Of a stretch of DNA of 64,000 nucleotides, positions 56,268 through 64,000 are shown piece by piece. Below the pieces are notes generated by a model. It was given only the letters and a program-made list of their open reading frames with translations, searched no databases and was not told where the DNA came from. The stretch lies in the IMG/VR virus record IMGVR_UViG_3300034152_000556, positions 1-64,000 of that record. One strand, written 5' to 3'. Every line of letters begins with the position of its first letter. Position 1 is the stretch's first letter. Source of the stretch: a virus. A program made the position numbers and the translations under genes.

Positions 56268-58446
56268 GTTCTAGTACCTCATCTGCTTCGAGTTGATCAA
56301 CATGTCTGTGTGATATAATTAAAATATGTTTATCTTTAACAACACTTCTAAGAACTTTAGAAACATAACCAATATTCTCGTCGTCAAGACTGTCGAATAT
56401 TTCATCAAACAACAAGATGTTATATCGAACATCTTGAACACGTTCTTGAAGATCACCAAGCGTTAAAATTGTTGCAATATCAACCAATCTAGTTTGCCCA
56501 CCTGAAAATTGAACTCTTGAGTTTGCTTTGGTTTCTGTGTCAAGAACATTTACAGAAATCTTGTCTCGAAATTCACCAGCCTTAGTTGCTGATAAAGTAT
56601 CAAATGAGACTACGTATCTCCCATCTGACATTCTATCAAGATATTCCATAACGCGCTCATTCATAAAAGGTATTGATTCATCAATGAGCATTGATGGTAT
56701 ACCTGTTGGTGAAAACCCAGTTTTCCAAACTTCTGCAATCTTTTGTTGTCTGACATATGTTTCAAGTTGTTCTTTAAAAGTTTTAACATTGTTTCTGTAA
56801 TTATCTTTTTGCATCTTTAATGTTTGTAGATTTGATTTATCAAATTCTCGATTTCGTTCTCTCTTGAGCCTTTCTTCAAGGTTTTCGATTTCGTTTTTGC
56901 ATCTTTCTATATAAAGAGTTTTTGTATTGATATCATCTTTGAGTTTTGTAAGCTCTTCTTTTTGTGCTAAAAACTCGTTATAAGATTTCTCAAGCTCTTC
57001 TTTTTCAGCTTGATATTTAGCCTTAATATCTTGTTCAGTTTTTGTTGCTATATCTGCAACCTGTGTAAGAGCTGTTTCCAAACGTTGTTTGTAAACGTTA
57101 ATCATTTGATTATATGATTCTTCAGCATGTGCAAGTTGTGATTCTTGGTGTCGTTTTTCAGAGTCGAGTTGTTTGAGGACTTCTTTTAACTTTTCTCTGA
57201 TTCCACTCACCATGTGCTCTTTCTGTTTCATTTGTTCAGTAAGATTTTGTATTTCGCTGTCACACGCTTGTATTTTTTCTTGTAGATGTGATATTGCGTC
57301 ATCGTCTATATCACGTTTACAAGTTGGACAGGTTTTAACATCTGAATTTAGAACTTTGGTGAGCTCCTCTTTCATATTGTTCAAAGATAAAACTTGTCCA
57401 TGCAGATATGATGCTTCTGATTCAATTTTGCCTTGCTTGCCTTCTGCAACATTTTTTTGTGTGAGAATTTCACGCTGAATAGAATTGATCATATCTAAGA
57501 ACTTGCTTTTTTCTTTTGAAAATTTTTCGTATTCCTCTCTTTCCTTAGCAGATGCCGCCGCTTTAAGTTCACTCTCTTTTTTGTCTCGATGCACTGCTAA
57601 AGAATCTAAAGCTTGTTTAGCTTTTTGTGACAACTCATTAAATGTGTTTTCAATATTTTTCAAATCGTCAACAAGCTTAGTAAGTATTTTTTCTTGAGCC
57701 AAAAGATTCTTCAGAGACTCTTCTCTTAGTTTCAAAGACTCTTTCTCATCGCTAATCTCATCTTCTAAAGTTTCTATCAACTTTGTCTGTTCTTGATAAA
57801 AAGTGGTTTCGCGAATTCGCTCTCTGGTAAGTTGATTTTCAATCTCTTCAATGCGACCTTCTGTTACTTTAATTTCAGAATTTTTGTCAGCTATAAGATT
57901 TTTAATATCTTTCAGAGCGTCTCGAACAAGATCATATCTTGCTTCCCATTTTTGGAATGAAAGAATCTTTCTGAAGATGTCCTTCTTCTCAGAGTCAATC
58001 AAGTCTGTAAAGAAATCTTTAACCTTTTGGCCGAACAATCTGGTGTTCATAAATAGATTCTTTGGACTTACCAAGGTTTCAATTTCAGGTACTACATCTT
58101 TGTGACCTTTTTTTATGTCTTTTCCGTTCTTCTTTAATATAACGGTGTTTCCAATGCGAGTGTATTTTACATAACGAGTGACATTGTATTGGTCTTCGTT
58201 GATGATAAAATCTAACTCAACCTTACAGTTTTTACCTATTACATTATTTACAACATCTTCGTTTCTAGCCCCTTTGCTCGTTATACCATATAGAGCAAAT
58301 GGTATGGCATCAAACATCATGGTTTTGCCGACACCATTGGGACCATTGATCATCGTCAGTTTTCCATTTTCAAACTGCAATTCCATCGGGTCAATATATG
58401 GCCCAAAATTCTCCATTCTAACCCGCTGAAAGGTTATGTCTTTCAT
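56257..58446 (-). CDS. sbcC: SbcC/Rad50-like ATPase (T4 gp46-like)
   Basis: GPNGVGKT, CPTC zinc hook, FSGGQ, LLFDEIFDSLD, IISH. Confidence 0.92.
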   Translation of the reverse strand: MKDITFQRVRMENFGPYIDPMELQFENGKLTMINGPNGVGKTMMFDAIPFALYGITSKGARNEDVVNNVIGKNCKVELDFIINEDQYNVTRYVKYTRIGNTVILKKNGKDIKKGHKDVVPEIETLVSPKNLFMNTRLFGQKVKDFFTDLIDSEKKDIFRKILSFQKWEARYDLVRDALKDIKNLIADKNSEIKVTEGRIEEIENQLTRERIRETTFYQEQTKLIETLEDEISDEKESLKLREESLKNLLAQEKILTKLVDDLKNIENTFNELSQKAKQALDSLAVHRDKKESELKAAASAKEREEYEKFSKEKSKFLDMINSIQREILTQKNVAEGKQGKIESEASYLHGQVLSLNNMKEELTKVLNSDVKTCPTCKRDIDDDAISHLQEKIQACDSEIQNLTEQMKQKEHMVSGIREKLKEVLKQLDSEKRHQESQLAHAEESYNQMINVYKQRLETALTQVADIATKTEQDIKAKYQAEKEELEKSYNEFLAQKEELTKLKDDINTKTLYIERCKNEIENLEERLKRERNREFDKSNLQTLKMQKDNYRNNVKTFKEQLETYVRQQKIAEVWKTGFSPTGIPSMLIDESIPFMNERVMEYLDRMSDGRYVVSFDTLSATKAGEFRDKISVNVLDTETKANSRVQFSGGQTRLVDIATILTLGDLQERVQDVRYNILLFDEIFDSLDDENIGYVSKVLRSVVKDKHILIISHRHVDQLEADEVLELGK

Positions 58447-59479
58447 TATCTTCTCCCTCCAGCTTTCTGATGAATTCAATATACTCATCATGCTCTTCTT
58501 CTGGTATTTCTTGACCAGCTAGATACCGTCTCAAGATTTCTTCGTCTGTCATCGAAGAGCTAAGACCGCGATCTGTTATATCTTTGTCTGTTCTATCTAC
58601 AATTATAAATTCTTTTTCCAGCTTGTCTGTGTCAATCGTTTCTTTCTTTATGATCTTAACAAGATGCCCCTCTTGTCGAAGCCTTTCTGCTTTCTGAATT
58701 GTTTCTTTTATATTCTTTTTTGTCAGATCAAGCTGTACGTGTTTACGATAACCAGATGTTGGTATGCTTTCTACCTCTAAGGTTTCAGAATCAACAACGA
58801 GAAATCTTTTTTCATCATCTTTTTCTCCCCAATCCAATTGAATTGGTGAACCAGCATAAAATATTCTGACATTTTCATTGCTGACTTCTTGTGGTTTATG
58901 GTAGTGACCAAGCAACACCAGATCATAATTGTTTTCTAGATGTCGAATGCTTATATCGGAAATAATACTTAAACCAGAATTTACAACGGCTTCGTTCAAA
59001 CCAAAGTGCGATATAAGAATATTAGCTTTAGCCTTTTTAATAGTAACTGCCATATCTGAGCTGTAAGGTACTATTAGAATAGACGGTCCTGCATCGATTT
59101 TGGCTATAGACCCACACATTCCGTGTGTTGCATTTATCTCAACAGAGTCATGATGATCTAGAAATTCAAGTGCTGAGATTGCATCTTTGCCTTTATGCGA
59201 AAGGTCATGATTACCAGTTACAACCCAAAACTTCAATTGACGGTAATCTTCTAAAAAGTCTAACAACAATTTCTGTGCAAGACTGTAGATTATTGACTTA
59301 TTGTGCATGATGTCGCCACCAATAACCATGACCCCTATATCATTTTTAACACAGTGATCTGCAATATTTCTCAATGCTTGCATAATACTATGTAATCTAT
59401 CTGGTAGACCCGTCATTTCATTTATGGGGTCTTGACCGTACCTAGAAAGGTGTAGATCAGCTGTAAAAGCAAATTTCAT
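58418..59479 (-). CDS. sbcD: SbcD/Mre11-like nuclease (T4 gp47-like)
   Basis: ADLHL, GGDIMH, GNHD, SH, LGHYHKPQ, YAGSP. Confidence 0.92.
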   Translation of the reverse strand: MKFAFTADLHLSRYGQDPINEMTGLPDRLHSIMQALRNIADHCVKNDIGVMVIGGDIMHNKSIIYSLAQKLLLDFLEDYRQLKFWVVTGNHDLSHKGKDAISALEFLDHHDSVEINATHGMCGSIAKIDAGPSILIVPYSSDMAVTIKKAKANILISHFGLNEAVVNSGLSIISDISIRHLENNYDLVLLGHYHKPQEVSNENVRIFYAGSPIQLDWGEKDDEKRFLVVDSETLEVESIPTSGYRKHVQLDLTKKNIKETIQKAERLRQEGHLVKIIKKETIDTDKLEKEFIIVDRTDKDITDRGLSSSMTDEEILRRYLAGQEIPEEEHDEYIEFIRKLEGEDNERHNLSAG

Positions 59480-59655
59480 AGTTGTTCTCCGTTTGAAGAT
59501 TTTTCGACGGTTTCTTCAATTTGAATTCTTTCTTTTTCTGAATCTGTTGAATCAACTACTTTCAGGAAGATGTTAAGCGCCAATACTGCTAGAAGAGCAG
59601 TAATTGCGATAGAAACCATTAATTCGATCAGAGTAAATCCTTTACTTTTTTTCAT
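59476..59655 (-). CDS. Short type IV pilin-like protein (class III signal peptide)
   Basis: MKKSKG|FTLIELMVSIAITALLAVLAL; SD GAGGAG 7 nt before ATG 59655. Confidence 0.8.
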   Translation of the reverse strand: MKKSKGFTLIELMVSIAITALLAVLALNIFLKVVDSTDSEKERIQIEETVEKSSNGEQL

Positions 59656-60091
59656 TTTCATTCTCCTCAAAATGTAAACATCTATCGATTGTTCGTAAGT
59701 GAGTTTTTATATAAATTTCTGATAACTTATCTGTGTTGACACCAATCATTTCACCTGATTTGTCATATTGCCCAAATTCATTAATTGTGAAACCTTCTTT
59801 TTCAATTAGATTGTATGCAGCATAGTATGCCATCTCCTCAAGATGATCACCTTCTAGTTGCCACACTCTTTCGCATTTCTTTAGTCTTGCTAAAATTTTA
59901 AATACCATATTTGTGAATGCTCGGGTGTCTATGTCATTATTCAAAACTTTTTCAATTTCGTTTTCTTCAAGCATATCACTTGATTTAAGAGCATTTATCA
60001 TTTCTTCATCTGTTGGTTCAAACCAATCTGGTATGAACACTAAATATGATGTTGATGAGCTGTTGGTCACAAAATCTCCTTTAATTTTCAT
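59642..60091 (-). CDS. 'MKIKxDFVTNSSS' family protein, copy 3
   Basis: True start ATG 60091 (ATGA overlap): MKIKGDFVTNSSSTSYLVFIPDW. Confidence 0.75.
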   Translation of the reverse strand: MKIKGDFVTNSSSTSYLVFIPDWFEPTDEEMINALKSSDMLEENEIEKVLNNDIDTRAFTNMVFKILARLKKCERVWQLEGDHLEEMAYYAAYNLIEKEGFTINEFGQYDKSGEMIGVNTDKLSEIYIKTHLRTIDRCLHFEENENEKK

Positions 60092-60474
60092 AACTCTATT
60101 TTTTTCAGATTTAATTGAGTATACCAATCATCAACCATTGATTTTGGTATTACATGAATTACACCTTCATAGTCTGGTGCGTATGTATCAAGTAATATGA
60201 CAGCATCACTACCTAGTGATTCAATAATGCTATAGTAAATGCTTTCATTTTCAGTTTGTGTAAAGGTCACATAATCTTTTGCTTCTTTTATCTCCTCTAA
60301 TGCATCCCTTACAGATTCAACTAACTTATCTATTTCGGTGTAACCAAGGTCTTGTTCGACATATTCGCAAGCCTTCATGATATCTTCATCACTTGGTACT
60401 TGCCAGTTGTCGGGAACACATATGAGATATGATGTTGATGAACTGTTCGTGACAAAGTCTAATTTTATTTTCAT
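60088..60474 (-). CDS. 'MKIKxDFVTNSSS' family protein, copy 2
   Basis: MKIKLDFVTNSSSTSYLICVPDNW. Confidence 0.75.
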   Translation of the reverse strand: MKIKLDFVTNSSSTSYLICVPDNWQVPSDEDIMKACEYVEQDLGYTEIDKLVESVRDALEEIKEAKDYVTFTQTENESIYYSIIESLGSDAVILLDTYAPDYEGVIHVIPKSMVDDWYTQLNLKKIEL

Positions 60475-61874
60475 GCTCCACTCAATATTTGCATGGCTTG
60501 ATCTCTTTCAACGTTTGTGACCTTACCTTTGTAGTACAAGAGAAAACGTATAGACCACTCTTTTGCATCATAGAAATCAAGTCTGCTATAGAAGGTTCGA
60601 GATATTTTCTGACAACCAAAGTCAACCATGTCAATGATAATCGGTGTTTTCTTTCCTGGTTTATTTCTAACAATTCTACCAGTTAACTGCTCAACATTTG
60701 AAATCGGTGAGGTCATAATTACACAATCTTTCCAAGGTGCGTCGATGCCGTCTCGACACTTACCGGGAGTTGCGAACGAGACTTTGCTCTTTAATGCATC
60801 AAGCGATGCTGATGCATAAAACTTTGATTTACTCTTGACGTTGAGTTTACTATATAAATCATCAATTATCTTTTTTCTTTCGACCACTACAAGCATTTCT
60901 CGTTCGTTACATAATCTATTAAGCAAGTCAGTGGTAGCAGCAATAAACGGTTTTGATTTTCTCATCATTGTTAGGTATCTGCTTTTTTGAAACTCACCGC
61001 CCCAATACAGATAGTAGCGGCTTTTTGGTTGATCAATATCGTAGTGTACCAACAGAACCGTGACTTTTGGTATCATTGTACCTTCGATATCATTATCAGA
61101 AAATATCTTGCCAAGGTGATACTCAATTATATCACCATTTCCATCGTAACGATATGGTGTAGCACTCAGACCATACGTGTATTTTGCAGGGACATGAATT
61201 GAACACTCAGAGAAAGATGGTGCGCCAACCGATGTATGAACTTCATCAGCGATCATGATACCAATCTTTGCATCATTGAGTGCAAACAGAAAATCAGCCC
61301 TCTGTCTTTTTAAACACGATTTAAAGGTCTGAACTGTTGAAATAATTATTGGTTTTTGAAAATCATCTTTGAAAGTTGTTGAACTTAACAATGCGATGTC
61401 ATCATCTTCAAGATTTGTGAATTGAATGAACCGCTCTCTCCATTGCTTTGCAAGATTCTCTAGATGCACAAGCACTAAAGTTTTGCGTTTGCGCTCACCA
61501 ACCACATAGATTGAAATAACAGTTTTGCCTACACCGGGAGCTAGCTGTAATAGAGCACGGTCGTTCTCAAGTATATGTGCTATTGTTTTTTCTTGTAATT
61601 CGCTTCTTGGAGTGATGTTGTGTTGAATGTTAATTTGCTCACCCTCTTGTTGATGATTATCAATAACAGGGTTTGGTACGAATTTGTTAATCGGAAAATA
61701 TCTTGGTAAGAGAAGAAATTTCTCAGACTCAATATAAAACCGACTAACTTCAAATTCAGACGATTGGTATGCGCGGCTTCGTCGTGTTAAATGTTTTTTT
61801 ATTTCTTTGTAGAACTCCTCGTTTTCATGTTCACGAGATATTAATAGACCCGACCTTTGTATGACTTTTATCAT
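60471..61874 (-). CDS. Superfamily 2 helicase (UvsW-like)
   Basis: APGVGKT, DEVH, GLSATPYRYDG, QLTGRIVR. Confidence 0.88.
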   Translation of the reverse strand: MIKVIQRSGLLISREHENEEFYKEIKKHLTRRSRAYQSSEFEVSRFYIESEKFLLLPRYFPINKFVPNPVIDNHQQEGEQINIQHNITPRSELQEKTIAHILENDRALLQLAPGVGKTVISIYVVGERKRKTLVLVHLENLAKQWRERFIQFTNLEDDDIALLSSTTFKDDFQKPIIISTVQTFKSCLKRQRADFLFALNDAKIGIMIADEVHTSVGAPSFSECSIHVPAKYTYGLSATPYRYDGNGDIIEYHLGKIFSDNDIEGTMIPKVTVLLVHYDIDQPKSRYYLYWGGEFQKSRYLTMMRKSKPFIAATTDLLNRLCNEREMLVVVERKKIIDDLYSKLNVKSKSKFYASASLDALKSKVSFATPGKCRDGIDAPWKDCVIMTSPISNVEQLTGRIVRNKPGKKTPIIIDMVDFGCQKISRTFYSRLDFYDAKEWSIRFLLYYKGKVTNVERDQAMQILSGA

Positions 61875-62302
61875 TGTGTATATTCAGCTTTTGCTGTCTC
61901 GCTTTCCCACACAGTTATCTTTTCTAGAACTAAAAGGTTTTGTGCGTCATCTTTTAGACTATCTATGATTCTGATTAGTCTTGTGAAGAAATATGATGCA
62001 AGGGCTTCAGCTGTCGGGTCAAATGGAAACAAATGTGCTCGACCGAATACATCTTCGTAATCTTCAACCAATTTTTTATCTTTCTCGTTTGCAAGAAATG
62101 AATGATCAAATTCTCCCATGAACTTCATAACTTCTTTCTTTAGCACACCAAAGTCAATAACCATATGGTCATCATTCAATTCATCACTTGAGACTGTGAT
62201 CTCAACTTTCATTGTGTGACCATGTATGAACTTGCAATAACCTTCATGCTTTGATAAGCGATGAGCAACGGGAAATTTCAATATTTTTGTTACTCGGTAC
62301 AT
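61871..62302 (-). CDS. queD: 6-carboxytetrahydropterin synthase
   Basis: AHRL...CKFIHGHT, VIDFG, FDH, PTAE, VWES. Confidence 0.9.
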   Translation of the reverse strand: MYRVTKILKFPVAHRLSKHEGYCKFIHGHTMKVEITVSSDELNDDHMVIDFGVLKKEVMKFMGEFDHSFLANEKDKKLVEDYEDVFGRAHLFPFDPTAEALASYFFTRLIRIIDSLKDDAQNLLVLEKITVWESETAKAEYTQ

Positions 62303-62312
62303 ATTCCCTCCG

Positions 62313-63611
62313 TTAAATCACCTTATCATATTGTTCAATGATATAAGGTTCGATATTCTGTAAGATTTCATTTATCTGTTTTACCTCTTTTTCGATTTGC
62401 TTTGTATCTGTGCTCATTGTTAAAAGTTTTCGTATTTTATATTTTGAAAGCAACTCATTTATTCGTGGTTTGCTTAATTTTGTCTTTTTCGATATAAAGT
62501 CTACAGAATCAAATAAATTCATGTTCTTAGACATACAGTGCTGCAACGGCTCTCTCATTATCCCCAAACTTATCAGCTCTTTTCGAGCATCAATAAGCTC
62601 TTCTGCTTTTGCCAATAACATCTTTTCATTTGTGTCTTTGAACATTTCGTATGTGGCATCAAGCATTTCATCGATTGGTTTTGTTGTAACTCTATCCACA
62701 TCGATGACATTGTTTTCAAATGTGATAAAACCTCTTACAGCATTTTTAAGAATAGGTTCAAATTCTCTTAATATCTTATCTCGATTGCGATCTTTTAATA
62801 CTTGAAAAACAATCTCTGTTTGATCAGTTGATAGATCAGTGAAACCAATTGAATTTGAATCTAACTCTTTAGCAAAATTTTTCAATATTGTTTCAAACTT
62901 TTTACCGGGAGGCCAAGAATATAGAGTTATTCTATGTGTTCGATAATCAATATCAAATCTCCCCTCGACCTCAATTCTTGCTTTACCTTTTGTTAGCAAG
63001 TTTTCTAACTGACGCTTTTCAGACAAAATATTGCAGTCTGTTAAAGGTGCTATTGTTGGTTTTGTTTTTCTAAGACCTTTCAACCATTGTAATCTTCGGT
63101 ATAGGTCTTTCATCGAATAGCAAGGTATATAAGTTTTGTAGCCAAATCCAATACCTTGAGTATACTCTCGACCAATGAGACACATTGGTAGCATCACCGG
63201 TAGAGAGAATGGTTCTTTTTGTTCAAGTTCGTTTTCAAACCAATCAACGTATTTGACATACTTAAATGCAAAATCTATCATCTGTTTTGACAGTTTGATT
63301 TCAGTATATCTCATCGCTGCCGGTCCTACTGGCTCAACCCCAACATTGCAGCCAAAGTTTCCTTGACCTTCAAGAAATCCCTGACGTACTAGCTGAACAA
63401 TTGTGCCATAGATCGATCCGTGCGGATGGTAGTTACCAGTAACATGACCGTCTACTCTTGCTGATTTTATAAACCTTTCTCTCGCTATTTGATACGCCAC
63501 CAACAGAACTCGTCGTTCAACTGGCTTTAGACCGTCAGCAGAGAGTGGAAAACTTCGCCAGTTCGAGTATTGACCATATTCTTTATACAGCTTCGGTAAC
63601 AATCCGTCCAC
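62313..63611 (-). CDS. Type IIA topoisomerase A subunit lacking the C-terminal domain (GyrA/ParC/T4 gp52-like)
   Basis: DGLKPVERRVL, YHPHGS, GQGNFG, AAMRYTE (catalytic Tyr). Confidence 0.9.
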   Translation of the reverse strand: MDGLLPKLYKEYGQYSNWRSFPLSADGLKPVERRVLLVAYQIARERFIKSARVDGHVTGNYHPHGSIYGTIVQLVRQGFLEGQGNFGCNVGVEPVGPAAMRYTEIKLSKQMIDFAFKYVKYVDWFENELEQKEPFSLPVMLPMCLIGREYTQGIGFGYKTYIPCYSMKDLYRRLQWLKGLRKTKPTIAPLTDCNILSEKRQLENLLTKGKARIEVEGRFDIDYRTHRITLYSWPPGKKFETILKNFAKELDSNSIGFTDLSTDQTEIVFQVLKDRNRDKILREFEPILKNAVRGFITFENNVIDVDRVTTKPIDEMLDATYEMFKDTNEKMLLAKAEELIDARKELISLGIMREPLQHCMSKNMNLFDSVDFISKKTKLSKPRINELLSKYKIRKLLTMSTDTKQIEKEVKQINEILQNIEPYIIEQYDKVI

Positions 63612-63981
63612 TAGTTTTTCCTCCTATTATGGGGAATTCAGGTTTTGTGCCATGCTTTGTTGCTTTTTTCAAATCGTGACCTTGTTTGATCATAAGAGGG
63701 TCAAAGTATGGGCCACCATTCATGGTGCAGAACACTTTTCCATTGATAAAGAAATAGGTAAAGTCAGTTGCACCACTGTGATTGTAGGGCCAGAGCCATT
63801 CATATAATACTCCATACCTACTTTCTTTCAGATGTTCCTCAACGAGATGTTCATACATTCGCCAATTAATTTGAATTAGAATGTCTGTTGGCACTGATAC
63901 AGGATCGCCATATCTTGTTAGACTACCTATATAGTACGCACCTAGTCCGGTTCCAGTATAAAAATCTGCTCTTTCATCCAT
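63583..63981 (-). CDS. Hypothetical protein
   Basis: 132-aa ORF co-directional with and overlapping the topoisomerase start. Confidence 0.6.
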   Translation of the reverse strand: MDERADFYTGTGLGAYYIGSLTRYGDPVSVPTDILIQINWRMYEHLVEEHLKESRYGVLYEWLWPYNHSGATDFTYFFINGKVFCTMNGGPYFDPLMIKQGHDLKKATKHGTKPEFPIIGGKTSGRIVTEAV

Positions 63982-64000
63982 GTCTTACCTACAGTAAAGT

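Noticed and set aside
1-64000. tRNAs, CRISPR arrays, introns/inteins, stop-codon reassignment
   Set aside because: Intergenic gaps are short with no cloverleaf or repeat-spacer pattern noticed; core genes are uninterrupted; TAA, TAG and TGA all terminate genes. A tRNAscan/Infernal run would be needed to be certain.

Overview
A 64-kb segment of a large, AT-rich, contractile-tailed (myovirus-like) phage genome using the standard genetic code. No tRNA, rRNA, CRISPR array or integrase was found. Virion and lysis genes occupy ~1-13.7 kb (+, with a short minus-strand insert at 9.1-9.8 kb), 19.7-28.8 kb (+) and 28.8-37.1 kb (-). They include tail sheath, tail tube, baseplate gp6/gp7/gp25/gp26-like proteins, tape measure, terminase and holin/spanin-like proteins, and are preceded by a recurring GGAACAAA/GAGAACAAA motif that looks like a phage promoter. 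Early, replication and transcription genes occupy 13.7-19.6 kb (-) and 37.2-64 kb (-). They include a CCA-adding enzyme, RlaP-like NTase, two radical SAM enzymes, FolE2, QueD, SbcCD, an SF2 helicase, a topoisomerase II A subunit and a compact, unsplit beta'/beta RNA polymerase. The most striking element is a phage-encoded ubiquitin-like operon at ~47.9-54.6 kb, two small ORFs upstream of the RNAP genes. It contains an 877-aa E2 with a KOW/SH3-like repeat tail, a JAB peptidase, an E1, a Rho-N/HeH-fused Ubl ending in KG-C, a second E1-like protein and a minimal UBC-type E2. Other notable items are three 'MKIKxDFVTNSSS' paralogues linked to radical SAM genes, a candidate sRNA or long-range inverted repeat around one late gene, a probable +1 frameshift tail chaperone, a mini type IV pilin and a Cys-rich virion protein family. 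All calls come from reading motifs by eye; no database searches were run.
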